A DNA stretch of 64,000 bases from a virus: IMG/VR virus record IMGVR_UViG_3300029391_000001, positions 19,880-83,879 of that record; one strand, 5' to 3'. This document shows positions 32,253 to 41,887 of the stretch, piece after piece (the stretch's first letter is position 1; every line of letters starts with the position of its first letter). The notes beneath the pieces were generated by a model that was not told where the DNA came from, did not search any database, and saw only the letters and a program-made list of their open reading frames with translations. The position numbers and the translations under genes are program-made.

Positions 32253-32272
32253 CTAATTTTAAATTTAAAAAT

Positions 32273-32908
32273 ATGGCATATATTTATTGCATTACAAATT
32301 TAATTAATAGCAAGCGATACGTAGGAAAAACTACTACTTCTATAGAAGAGCGCTGGAAGGAACATTGTTATGACTTTTAGAAAGAAAGATGCAACAAAAG
32401 ACCTTTATATGATGCCATGAATAAGTATGGTGTTGAGAACTTTATGATAGAGGAATTGGAATATGTAGATAGTAACTCTGAATTATCTGAAAGAGAAATC
32501 TATTGGATAAAAGAGCTAGGAACTTATGGTTCTAATGGGTACAATGCCTCTAAAGGAGGAGATGGCACTATTCTATACAATCATAGTGAAATTGTAGAAT
32601 TAGCTAGATTGGGATATACTAGTTCTTAGATACAAGAAAAAATAGGGTGCTGTAAAGACACTATTTACAAAGTTTTGAAGGCAAATAATATAAAAATTAG
32701 AAAAAGTAACGCAAAGTTAATTGCTTAGTATGACTTAGCAGGTAATTTTATACAGGTATTCTTTGGTTCCAGAGAAGCTTAGGAATGGTTAATTAATAAC
32801 GGAATTACTGACAATAAATCTGCATAGAGTCATATTATAGGATGCTGTAAGAATAAAACCAAATCATAGTATGGCTACATTTGGAAATATCTTCCAGAGC
32901 CTATTTAA
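32273..32908 (+). CDS. GIY-YIG homing endonuclease with C-terminal NUMOD-like DNA-binding region; 5 in-frame TAG
   Basis: YIYCITN...KRYVGKT GIY-YIG motif; verified codon by codon to TAA 32906-32908; AQYDL matches, as I recall, a conserved Y-Q-YDL segment in GIY-YIG relatives when TAG = Q. Confidence 0.7.
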
Positions 32909-33054
32909 TCTTTAAATCACTGTTTCGACATTTTCAGTCTAAATGCCGTGTCTGGAGACGTTACCAACCAGTCGTGCTATACGGTTAGAATAGTCCGTGC
33001 CTCACTGGTGATAGAGGCATCCCTGGGTAGCGGATGTAAAGTAGCTGCCAATAT

Positions 33055-33132
33055 CGTGGAGTAGAGAAGTGGTCATCTCGCTAGGCTCATAACCTAGAAA
33101 TCGTCATAAACGGTTCGAATCCTACCTCCGCA
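33055..33132 (+). tRNA. tRNA-Met(CAT)-like, possibly initiator type (C1.A72 mismatch), with degenerate T-stem
   Basis: Acceptor cgtggag/ctccgca, D-arm gaga/tctc, anticodon ctagg-cuCAUaa-cctag; T-loop ttcgaat present but stem weak and 6 extra nt. Confidence 0.4.
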
Positions 33133-33377
33133 ACGAAACTCCTTTTGTGGCTCTGAATTAGATTAATTATTAACAATTTTAAACTTTGATGTTATGAAGA
33201 AAGTAATTAATGTTGTGAAGAAAGCTGCTAAGTGGTATTTTGAACAGAGTTCTAAGAGCTATACATGGTTAGTTTCTGGAACTATTCCGCCTCCTTATAG
33301 AGGTCTAGAGTAAAGATACTACTAAAAGGTAAGTACCAAAGGGGTACTTATCTACACCCGTGGAGAAAATTAACTAT

Positions 33378-33449
33378 TGGGGTATAGTTCAAAGGTCAGA
33401 ACTTTTGACTGTTAATCAAAGAATCATGGTTCGAGTCCATGTGCCCCAG
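33378..33449 (+). tRNA. tRNA-Asn(GTT)
   Basis: Loop cuGUUaa. Confidence 0.7.
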
Positions 33450-33978
33450 CTATTGACCTTATATTAGATTATGCATCAGTGTGATTATTGTTGTTGGTAC
33501 TACAGTGGAAATTGTGATTGTCCATATGTAATGAAGAAACAAGCGTGTGAAAATGCTTTGAAAACTAAAGAGAGAAATGAAAGACCTATTAGAAAAGTAC
33601 AAAATGTTTCAAACTCCAAAACTAGCTAATGAGATTTCATGGAAAGACATGAAGGAATTTAACTCTTATATGAAAGAAGTAGTTCGTGATTATAAGATTA
33701 AACAGGCTAAATCAATTCAGAGTGCTAGAAACGTAATAATATCCTGACCTGGCAAGGTAAAAATCCATTCGGGGTTTAAGTTGAAGCCAGTCCCTGCGAA
33801 ATCATAGAGACCTTTTCTGACACGATAGTCGATGAACTGAGAGAGTAGCATGGTTGTGAACTTATGCTACTAGAACATGATTCAAACAAAAAAAACTTAT
33901 CTGGTGTTGTTAAGTTATGGAATCTTAACAGTGGAAATTTATGGGTATGTCACCAATTAAAAAGAAAATCCCAAAAAT

Positions 33979-34051
33979 GGGCCGTTAGCTCAAATGGCTA
34001 GAGTGCTGGTTTTGCACACCGGAAGATAGGGTTCGAGTCCCTGCGTGTCCA
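33979..34051 (+). tRNA. tRNA-Ala(TGC), G3.U70 present; acceptor base imperfect
   Basis: Loop uuUGCac; T-arm taggg-ttcgagt-ccctg. Confidence 0.55.
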
Positions 34052-34255
34052 CAAACTTTATTTAAAAAATTATGAAAGTATATGTAGTAAATTATCACCC
34101 AGCTAATGCTCCTCAAAATTATGAAACTGATTGCCAAATCTTCTTAGACAAGAAACAGGCAGAGAAGTATAAAGAGGCTAAGGAAAAAGAGTTTCCTATT
34201 AGATGGGGAGGAGAGTATAATCATTGTAAACTAATTAAAAAGCATTTGTAATATC

Positions 34256-34319
34256 GCGGGATGATAGCAGAGGTAGCTAGTCAGGCTCATAACCTGAAGG
34301 TCGTCGGTTCGAATCCCGT
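34256..34319 (+). tRNA. truncated or aberrant tRNA-Met(CAT)-like element
   Basis: Good acceptor gcgggat/atcccgt, D-arm, anticodon tcagg-cuCAUaa-cctga, but only 15 nt where variable loop plus T-arm should be. Confidence 0.3.
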
Positions 34320-34352
34320 TACTAAGTTATTTTTAACAATTAAAATTAGATT

Positions 34353-34778
34353 ATGGATTTCAAGAATCTTACAAAGGAATCTCTTCCGAAAGAATTTCAG
34401 GAGAGAATCGAACGTTTCAATCGTTTGTTCGTTGAAGCTGGTGATGGTACATTTGAAGAAAATGACCTATTTGGTTATGAAATGGCTTGTATAAAGCAAG
34501 CCCTATCATTCTCTGAGTTTTTCAAAGAAATGAGTCTAGAGGAATGTAAAGCCTTCTATGAGAAATATCCTAGCTTATTTGAGCTGATTGAGGCTATCAA
34601 AGACAAACTTCCGTACTTTGATAATGGTCATAGTGGAAACTCTATGAGCATGAGTTGGATGCTATACAGGTGTTATAAGGAGAAACCTGAACTTGTTCCT
34701 TATATGCACGGTTGTTTAGCCCAACTTGTTGGGGACGAGGGCTATCATGATAACCGTTCTGATGTTCCAAAACTATGA
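34353..34778 (+). CDS. hypothetical protein
   Basis: ORF track. Confidence 0.45.
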   Translation: MDFKNLTKESLPKEFQERIERFNRLFVEAGDGTFEENDLFGYEMACIKQALSFSEFFKEMSLEECKAFYEKYPSLFELIEAIKDKLPYFDNGHSGNSMSMSWMLYRCYKEKPELVPYMHGCLAQLVGDEGYHDNRSDVPKL

Positions 34779-35284
34779 GTGTAATACAACAAGTTTATTT
34801 AGCTGAAGCTGGTTATTCTATTTACATAAAGGGAATTAAACCAGATAAGGATAATGAATGTTCTGGTGAGATTACTATAAATGGTAATCCCACTAGATTA
34901 GAGAGAAAAGAACGCTATCATATTGATGGCAGTATGCTTGAGCATAAAGATTCAGAAATGTGTCGTAGTTGCTGGGAAGAACTTAATGGAATTGGTAACA
35001 AAACATTAGGTTATTATACATCTGGGCAGAAGTACTTATCATCTAAATGTCAAGAAATAAGGACTAATGCTCGTAGAGTATTAGAAAGTTCCGAACGTGA
35101 GAAAGTATGTCAATATTGTCATAATCATGAATTTGATGCAATACTTGAAGTACATCATCTTAAAGGAATATTAGAATTTGACGAAGACACTCTTATTAAG
35201 GAGATTAACAACGAGAATAATTTAGTATGGTTATGTCCGAATCACCATATTATGTTAGAGAAGGGTTTAATTAGTCTGGAGTAA
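34775..35284 (+). CDS. HNH endonuclease
   Basis: CxxC...EVHHLKG...N.LVWLCPNHH. Confidence 0.65.
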   Translation: MSVIQQVYLAEAGYSIYIKGIKPDKDNECSGEITINGNPTRLERKERYHIDGSMLEHKDSEMCRSCWEELNGIGNKTLGYYTSGQKYLSSKCQEIRTNARRVLESSEREKVCQYCHNHEFDAILEVHHLKGILEFDEDTLIKEINNENNLVWLCPNHHIMLEKGLISLE

Positions 35285-35295
35285 TCCAGTTACAC

Positions 35296-35367
35296 CGAGG
35301 GTTAGTTCAGTGGTAGAATAGTGCACTGTCTATGCGAAGGTCACCAGTTCGAGTCTGGTACTCTCGG
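35296..35367 (+). tRNA. tRNA-Asp(GTC)
   Basis: Loop cuGUCua. Confidence 0.6.
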
Positions 35368-35405
35368 CACTGTGAAGGTTGGGGTTCGAATCCCCCAGCC
35401 TCGGC
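35368..35405 (+). other. tRNA 3'-end fragment (T-arm tgggg-ttcgaat-ccccc plus agcctcgg)
   Basis: Partial duplicate of a tRNA 3' portion between Asp and Thr tRNAs. Confidence 0.3.
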
Positions 35406-35411
35406 ATTTAT

Positions 35412-35484
35412 TCCCCTGTAGTTTAGTTGGTTAGAACACGTGATTTGTAATCTCGAGACCTCGGTTCGAATCCGAGTGGGGGAT
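35412..35484 (+). tRNA. tRNA-Thr(TGT)
   Basis: Loop uuUGUaa; one U.U mismatch in the anticodon stem. Confidence 0.6.
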
Positions 35485-35511
35485 CTTAACCATTAAATTA
35501 GATTAATTTTT

Positions 35512-36186
35512 ATGACTAGATTAGAAAAGTATTTAGTAGCAACTGCTACTGAGATTATCGAAGCGGAAACAACTGTTTCTCGCTACTTTGTCATTGGAAA
35601 CGTCAAAGTTAGAGTATCAGACCATTTAAGTAAAATGAGTGATGCAGACTTACAAGTGATTATTCCATTGAACGGAGGGACTAAGTATATAGTTACTGTT
35701 AAGGATAGTCCTGGAAAATTTCTTGTATGGAATGCAACTCAAATAAAAGACTTTATTCCTTCATTGCAGATTATTAAGGGCTTGAAGGAAGGAGTGCAAC
35801 TTAAGCCAAAACCTAAAGACTCTGCAGTTCAGAAGATTCAGCTAGCATTAAATAATAGTAATACCGATGGAGGTTCGTTAACGTTTGATGGTACTATTAT
35901 TGAGTCTAGATTGAAAGAAAAGCAACTTACTTCCAAACAGCGGGAAGTTTTCAGGAGAACTAAATCTACTTGGGATATTTCTCAGATTGGGACATTACCC
36001 AGTATGATTAAAGTAGATTTAGGATTGTCAAATGGTTCTGTAAACGAAGATGTGCAGATATTTCTAACTTGTACATCTTTAACCTACAAAGAAATTCTGA
36101 ACATTTATAAAATAATAGTTGTTGATAACCGTATGGTTCCAACTATTAAACTGTTGCAAGAAGCTTATAGCTTGATTGTGCAGTAG
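35512..36186 (+). CDS. hypothetical protein
   Basis: ORF track. Confidence 0.45.
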   Translation: MTRLEKYLVATATEIIEAETTVSRYFVIGNVKVRVSDHLSKMSDADLQVIIPLNGGTKYIVTVKDSPGKFLVWNATQIKDFIPSLQIIKGLKEGVQLKPKPKDSAVQKIQLALNNSNTDGGSLTFDGTIIESRLKEKQLTSKQREVFRRTKSTWDISQIGTLPSMIKVDLGLSNGSVNEDVQIFLTCTSLTYKEILNIYKIIVVDNRMVPTIKLLQEAYSLIVQ

Positions 36187-36189
36187 GAT

Positions 36190-36261
36190 AGCGCCATCAT
36201 CTAATGGTTAGGATTCAGGCTTTTCACGCCTGCCATACGGGTTCGAATCCCGTTGGCGTTA
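36190..36261 (+). tRNA. tRNA-Glu(TTC)
   Basis: Loop uuUUCac. Confidence 0.7.
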
Positions 36262-36266
36262 CTATG

Positions 36267-36301
36267 TACCCCAGCAGCGAAAGTTGTTGGGGTATTTTTT
36301 G
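36267..36301 (+). terminator. intrinsic terminator hairpin (ccccagca...ttgttgggg) plus T-run
   Basis: GC stem followed by T-run after the tRNA array. Confidence 0.5.
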
Positions 36302-36312
36302 TTTAATTTAAT

Positions 36313-36639
36313 TTGTGTTTAATGCGAAAAACATTTGAGTTTGTAAAGGTTGGAGGAGTCTGGTTCTATTGGTGGCCAGATTACGACGGAACACCAGAGG
36401 AACTAGCAATGGTTGGTGGTGCAGATGAACTTCTTGATTCTCTAGATAATAAGTTTGTTAGATTGCAGATGGTTGACCCAGCTGCAGCTAAGATAACGTT
36501 GTCTAAAATTGAGGAGGATGAATGTGGAGCAACTTACTTATGCAAAAGTAAGAATTACAATGACAGGGTATGGATTTGTGCTGTAACTCTATCAGTATTC
36601 GGGGAATATCCTCAAAATATTTACCTAAAAGATATGTAA
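36313..36639 (+). CDS. hypothetical protein
   Basis: ORF track. Confidence 0.4.
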   Translation: MCLMRKTFEFVKVGGVWFYWWPDYDGTPEELAMVGGADELLDSLDNKFVRLQMVDPAAAKITLSKIEEDECGATYLCKSKNYNDRVWICAVTLSVFGEYPQNIYLKDM

Positions 36640-36642
36640 AAA

Positions 36643-37068
36643 ATGAAAACGTTAAATGAGATTTTAGACAATTACAAAGACTATGCCGTAGTTCTCGATG
36701 ACCGTTTCGGTTCTAGATTAGCAAAGTTTTTAACAGAAGAGCAGTTAGAAAAAATAGGCTTCAAGTACGATGGTGATGAGCCTTATCCAGAGCCTAAGGA
36801 ATGGACTAGAGGGAATATCCTAGAGCAACTTAAGTCTGACGTAGAGTTTGGTTTTGAGAAGGCTCTAGACCAGAGAGGCATTTCAGCTAGCCTAATGTTC
36901 TACGTGGTACTAAGATGGAATCAAGTTCTAGAAGAGGGCTTAGAGAATTATCCTGAAGAGAATTATGCTATGTATGGGTTGCCTTTGTTTAAGGCTACTG
37001 CTGTAAAGTACGGATGGGAGAATACTATAGGCGACGATAATGGGGACGAAGAGTTCTACAATGAGTAG
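36643..37068 (+). CDS. hypothetical protein
   Basis: ORF track. Confidence 0.45.
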   Translation: MKTLNEILDNYKDYAVVLDDRFGSRLAKFLTEEQLEKIGFKYDGDEPYPEPKEWTRGNILEQLKSDVEFGFEKALDQRGISASLMFYVVLRWNQVLEEGLENYPEENYAMYGLPLFKATAVKYGWENTIGDDNGDEEFYNE

Positions 37069-37264
37069 CGCTATGAAGGAATCTTCTATACTTAAAGCAA
37101 TTTCTGACGCTATTGAAGAATACGAGGAAAATCAACAAAGACGAATAGACCTGTTAGAGAGTAAAATTCTGCTATTTGAGAGAGAAAGGGAGGCTTTTAT
37201 TCGGCATTTGAGAGAAGGAAACATTCAATTATTAAAGGATTATCTAGGAATTAAAGATGAGTAA
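37040..37264 (+). CDS. hypothetical protein
   Basis: ORF track. Confidence 0.35.
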   Translation: MGTKSSTMSSAMKESSILKAISDAIEEYEENQQRRIDLLESKILLFEREREAFIRHLREGNIQLLKDYLGIKDE

Positions 37265-37580
37265 GTACTATTTAATTAAGGAATGTAATAATATTCCTTT
37301 TATCTTAGGACAGTTCGATAGTATTGAAGAGGCTGAGGCCGCTCTTCCTTCTACAAATAAGAAGGGAGCTAAGCACTTTGTCGTTTGTTCTACAGAGCAA
37401 TTAAAGTCAGCAAGGGCGGCTATATCCTACTTACAAGAAGAACTTAGAAAGAGTCGAGAGGAGGTACGGCAATGGAGGGATTTAGAACTTAAAACAAGGC
37501 TAGATTTCTCAAACCAAATCTGTGAATTATCGAAGATAGCTAATCTAACTGTAGAGGACCTAACTAAAGTATTGTTATGA
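37257..37580 (+). CDS. hypothetical protein
   Basis: ORF track. Confidence 0.4.
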   Translation: MSKYYLIKECNNIPFILGQFDSIEEAEAALPSTNKKGAKHFVVCSTEQLKSARAAISYLQEELRKSREEVRQWRDLELKTRLDFSNQICELSKIANLTVEDLTKVLL

Positions 37581-37879
37581 TAGTAAGTTCTCCTTTTGAT
37601 AAAGATTTGCTTGGACATGAGATAAGGGGTGTAAATACATCTTACTACGGACTTTCTGCATTGCAGGCTGTAATAAATCATGACGGAATCCGTCAAGATA
37701 TTGCAAAATATATGTATAGAGACTGCATTGTAGATGGAGGACGAAAAGGAGTAATCATAGGATTTGAGGATAATAATCAATTCTTTGATTACTACTATAT
37801 AGTCTATGTGCCAGAGCTAAATACTACTGTATATCAATTAGCTAATGATGCGAGATTTATTAATTCAATTGAGATATGA
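37577..37879 (+). CDS. hypothetical protein
   Basis: ORF track. Confidence 0.4.
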   Translation: MIVSSPFDKDLLGHEIRGVNTSYYGLSALQAVINHDGIRQDIAKYMYRDCIVDGGRKGVIIGFEDNNQFFDYYYIVYVPELNTTVYQLANDARFINSIEI

Positions 37880-37934
37880 AAGTATATTATATTTCAATTC
37901 CCACGGCAATATGGCGGGCAAGTCCCTATAAACT

Positions 37935-38531
37935 ATGAGAAGATCTCTCCTCTTTTTTCTAGAGAAGAAAGACGCTATAGAATGGGCGGTAACTCAAAAT
38001 TACTGGGATATTAGATTAATAGAAGAAGAAGTTTTTATGAAAAAGAAAGTTTTAATTATCCTCATGATTAGTATTGTATTCGGATTTGCAACTGGTTATT
38101 CTTTGCATCATCTGATACATTTCAATCAGAAACAGGAGGAAATGGTATTGCTGCCAGAGCATCCATTCTACTTATTGGATGAAGTAAACGAAGAAGTATT
38201 GTACAATACTTTGAAGCATTACGATTTTCCAAATCCAGCAATTATAACAGCTCAGGCTGTTCTGGAATCTGGCAATTTTAAATCGAAACTTTGTAAGGAC
38301 AATAACAATCTGTTCGGGTTGTATAACTCCAGAACAATGTCTTACTTCAAGTTCGATAGTTGGATAAGCTGTGTGTTCGCTTATAAGCAATTTATCCTTA
38401 GTAAGTATAACCCAGAAGAGGATTATTACAAATTCCTAGACAGAATTGGCTACGCTGAGGATTCCTTGTATGAAAGTAAAGTTAAGGAATTGGAATTAGA
38501 TATACTTAATAAATATGGAAGCTCAAATTGA
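37935..38531 (+). CDS. glucosaminidase-domain (FlgJ/mannosyl-glycoprotein endo-beta-N-acetylglucosaminidase-like) peptidoglycan hydrolase with N-terminal TM
   Basis: ITAQAVLESGNFKS...NNLFGLY motif. Confidence 0.55.
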   Translation: MRRSLLFFLEKKDAIEWAVTQNYWDIRLIEEEVFMKKKVLIILMISIVFGFATGYSLHHLIHFNQKQEEMVLLPEHPFYLLDEVNEEVLYNTLKHYDFPNPAIITAQAVLESGNFKSKLCKDNNNLFGLYNSRTMSYFKFDSWISCVFAYKQFILSKYNPEEDYYKFLDRIGYAEDSLYESKVKELELDILNKYGSSN

Positions 38532-38781
38532 AGAAGCTATCAAATTTAGAAAGAAAGCTAATTTCAAGATATTAACTAGATTGAGTCAAATCATTGACCA
38601 ATATCCTTATCTAAGATTTCACCAAATTCTTATGATATATAAGATTAGTGAGCTGGGAGTGGATAAGTTCAATGAGGAGAGTGTAGAAACTTTGAAGAAG
38701 CTAGAGCATGAAATGGTGGAAAAAGGAATTAGTAAGATTACTAGTAATAGTTCTGATGGGAACAATACTATTAGTAACTAG
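38515..38781 (+). CDS. hypothetical protein
   Basis: ORF track. Confidence 0.35.
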   Translation: MEAQIEEAIKFRKKANFKILTRLSQIIDQYPYLRFHQILMIYKISELGVDKFNEESVETLKKLEHEMVEKGISKITSNSSDGNNTISN

Positions 38782-38862
38782 GGAAGTAATGGGTTTTGAG
38801 ACCGCAGTTATGACTGGTCTAACTATTATATTATGCAATCAAATATTTAACGAATAAAGATT

Positions 38863-39102
38863 ATGAATTTTAAAGATTTCAAGAAAGATGTAGAGTCTGC
38901 TTTCAATGCTATGATTGCAGATAATTTATTTGTAGTTAATGTAGACAAAGACCTTTTGTGGATGAGTTATCTCCTCTCCTTTGAGGACGAAACAATTCGA
39001 CAAGATCACAATTGTAATGCTTGTAAGTCTTTCATACGTCACTATGGTAAGGTAGTCGCTATAGACCCCTCAAACCTACAAGGTGAAAACCTTCTGGGAT
39101 GA
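38863..39102 (+). CDS. hypothetical protein (possibly the 5' part of the next gene via a frameshift)
   Basis: 20-nt overlap with 39083..40867 in a different frame. Confidence 0.3.
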   Translation: MNFKDFKKDVESAFNAMIADNLFVVNVDKDLLWMSYLLSFEDETIRQDHNCNACKSFIRHYGKVVAIDPSNLQGENLLG

Positions 39103-40867
39103 TGTTCACACTCCTGGCTATGAAAAGACCGCATCGGATTTGGCTAAACTCGTTAAGGAAGCCGGAATAGGAGATATATTCATTCAGGATGTTAATGAGT
39201 TTCACGGTTGTGACCATAATGTGCAACTTCTTCCTGATGGAACTACTAGAACTTGGACTCACTTGTACGTGACTATTCCTAACAAGTTTAAATTCAACAA
39301 GAGAGTACATCATTTCGATTCTGCCGCAGGTTATCGCGGAGATGCTAGAGCTGGTGTCTTTGAACGCTCTCTTTCCGAGCTTAAACTAAGTGCGGTAGAA
39401 ACCGTAATTGAGTTGATAGAGGATAATAATCTCTATCGCGGAGAGGAGTTCCTAAAGACTCTGCAAGAGTTCAGAAGAACTATGCTTGAGGCCGATAATC
39501 TCTCACCAGAGGTTCGCACTAACTATTGTTGGTTTAACTTCAAATCTCCAATAGCTAAGATTAGAAATACAGCTATGGGAACTCTACTGATTGACTTAAG
39601 TAATGGTGTGGACCTGGAAAGAGCTGTTAAGTCTTATGAGAACATTATGGCTCCATCTAACTATAAGAGACCTACTGCTCTTATTACTAAGAAACAAATT
39701 GAGGCTGCTCAGAAGAAGGTTGAAGAACTTGGGTTAACTGATGCCCTTCCTCGCCGTCATGCTCGTGTAGAAGATATTTCTGTGAATGATGTTCTATTCG
39801 TAAATAGAGATACTAGAGCAAAGATGAAGGGAGGAATGTTTGATATGCTCTCCGAAACTTCTACAGTAAACCCAAAAGAGTTTACCAAAGCCCAAGAGGT
39901 TTCTGCTGATGCCTTTGTCAAGAATATACTTCCGGGAGCTAAGGAGGTTTCTATCTTGGTAGAGAACAGACACATTCCCAACTTTGTTACTCTGACTGCT
40001 CCTGAAAATCCGGATGCTGGACAGTTGTTTAAGTGGAATAACAACTTTGCTTGGGTTTATAATGGTTCTGTAGCCGATTCCTTCAAGGAGAAGGTAAAGG
40101 CTGCTGGTGGAAATGTAGACGGTTTCATGAGATGCTCTCTTCACTGGTTTAACTATGATGACCTTCATGTAACCGAACCTGGTGGAAGAGAAATCTATTA
40201 TGGAAGCAAAACTGGTTATACTGGAGGAACTCTTGATGTTGACATGAATGCAGGTTCCGGAAAAACTAGAGATGCTGTTGAGAACATCATATGGACAGAC
40301 CCTAGCAGACTAAGACCGGGAGATTATGTGGTAAGAGTGCATAACTTCTATAAGAGGGAAAGTATTGATTTTGGTTTCGAAATGGAAATCGAGATTAATG
40401 GAGAACTTCACAAATTCCAGTATGGAAAAGTAGTTCTGAGCAAGGAATACATTGAAGTTGCTCGTATCCATGTTGATGGACAAAGAAACATTTCCATGAC
40501 TCCTACTATTAAAGAGGGTTCTACATCGTTCAAATCTACTAACGAGTGGGGAATTGATACAATGAAATTCCAGAAGGTTTCTTGTATTATGTTCTCTCCT
40601 AATCATTGGGAAGGCAACGCTATAGGAAACAAGCATCTGTTCTTTATGATAGATGGATGCAAGAATCCAGACCCTGTTAGAGGTTTCTTTAATGAATATC
40701 TGAGAGCTGACCTTGAAAAGGAGCATAGAAGAGTGTTTGAAGCTCTTGGTTCTAGAGCAAAAGCTGAGTACAGTGATGACCAGTTGAGTGGATTGGGATT
40801 TTCTAGCACATCACACAATGATGTTGTTGTAAAAGTTGATAATAAATCATTTAAAATCATTTTCTAA
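39083..40867 (+). CDS. large hypothetical protein (594 aa)
   Basis: ORF track. Confidence 0.5.
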   Translation: MKTFWDDVHTPGYEKTASDLAKLVKEAGIGDIFIQDVNEFHGCDHNVQLLPDGTTRTWTHLYVTIPNKFKFNKRVHHFDSAAGYRGDARAGVFERSLSELKLSAVETVIELIEDNNLYRGEEFLKTLQEFRRTMLEADNLSPEVRTNYCWFNFKSPIAKIRNTAMGTLLIDLSNGVDLERAVKSYENIMAPSNYKRPTALITKKQIEAAQKKVEELGLTDALPRRHARVEDISVNDVLFVNRDTRAKMKGGMFDMLSETSTVNPKEFTKAQEVSADAFVKNILPGAKEVSILVENRHIPNFVTLTAPENPDAGQLFKWNNNFAWVYNGSVADSFKEKVKAAGGNVDGFMRCSLHWFNYDDLHVTEPGGREIYYGSKTGYTGGTLDVDMNAGSGKTRDAVENIIWTDPSRLRPGDYVVRVHNFYKRESIDFGFEMEIEINGELHKFQYGKVVLSKEYIEVARIHVDGQRNISMTPTIKEGSTSFKSTNEWGIDTMKFQKVSCIMFSPNHWEGNAIGNKHLFFMIDGCKNPDPVRGFFNEYLRADLEKEHRRVFEALGSRAKAEYSDDQLSGLGFSSTSHNDVVVKVDNKSFKIIF

Positions 40868-40869
40868 TT

Positions 40870-41208
40870 ATGTACAAACAAGCGTCTAAAATGAAGTTGC
40901 GCTTTGCAACTAGTAAAGGTAATTTGAGTGTGGAAGATTTGTGGGACTTAAGTCTGCCTGCATTGGACAGACTGGCAGTGTCCTATGACGAAGAATTAGC
41001 CAAGAGTCCTAGAAAATCTTTCATAACTAATGATACTCCTAGCAATAGCGAACTGGAGTTAAAGTTCAACATTGTGAAAGATGTTATCACTGATAAGCTG
41101 AAAGACAAGGCCGCTAGAGAAGCAGCTAAAGATAAGGCAGCTGAGAAGGCACGCCTGACTGAACTGCTGGCTAAGAAACAGTCTGAGAAAATGGAAAGTA
41201 TGTCCTAA
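40870..41208 (+). CDS. hypothetical protein
   Basis: ORF track. Confidence 0.4.
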   Translation: MYKQASKMKLRFATSKGNLSVEDLWDLSLPALDRLAVSYDEELAKSPRKSFITNDTPSNSELELKFNIVKDVITDKLKDKAAREAAKDKAAEKARLTELLAKKQSEKMESMS

Positions 41209-41209
41209 G

Positions 41210-41524
41210 ATGAAATCAGACAACGACTTGCAGAACTCGGATAATTGTGTCGTATTGAAAACAGTTAGTCCACAAATCTTAGATAAACTAAGGGAAAGTG
41301 GATTGACTGTTTGTACGTGTTGTGAATTTCCTGGTACAGCCTGGTTAGTATTCAGACCAAATATGCCTACATCGGATATTCACGGTGAGGGGTATGATTT
41401 CGAAGAGATAGGACTTTTTGGAACAGAGGCTGTTCTCAAATACTTCGAAGCTAACACTCCGAATTATGTAGATTGCGGAACTGATGTCGATAAATTTATT
41501 AACATTTGTTTGCAGTTTAAATAA
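41210..41524 (+). CDS. hypothetical protein
   Basis: ORF track. Confidence 0.4.
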   Translation: MKSDNDLQNSDNCVVLKTVSPQILDKLRESGLTVCTCCEFPGTAWLVFRPNMPTSDIHGEGYDFEEIGLFGTEAVLKYFEANTPNYVDCGTDVDKFINICLQFK

Positions 41525-41610
41525 GTTAACGGTTTTTAACTTTGAATTTAACACTTGTACTGTTATTATAGTAAGTTGATTAGCGGTACGTGAGTATAGC
41601 TAATTACTAT

Positions 41611-41696
41611 GCCCGAATGGTGGAATTGGTAGACACGTCAGATTTAAGCTCTGATGCCCAGTAATGGGCGTGTGGGTTCGAGTCCCACTTCGGGTA
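41611..41696 (+). tRNA. tRNA-Leu(TAA)
   Basis: Type II; loop uuUAAgc. Confidence 0.7.
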
Positions 41697-41887
41697 CTAA
41701 TTTAATATCAATAATATGGAAAGATATATAGAAGAACTTATTGAAATATATAGAAAAAATACTCTAAAGTCAGATGAAGAATTAGAATCTCTGAAGAGTT
41801 TACTTAGAAATGTTCATCGTGATGGATTTATAGCAGGAGAAGAATCAATAATTAATGTTGTGGATAAACTAACAAAACGTAACTAAT

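Noticed and set aside
32168-33132. Group I intron carrying the GIY-YIG ORF inserted in a tRNA
   Set aside because: The flanking tRNA-like genes are each contiguous, with no split exon halves, and I could not find P7 or P3 core elements by eye. Left as an unexplained structured region rather than an intron call.
35368-35405. Prophage attachment site implied by a duplicated tRNA 3' fragment
   Set aside because: No integrase or recombinase gene appears anywhere in the window, and the context is a lytic-phage tRNA array. More likely a decayed tRNA copy.
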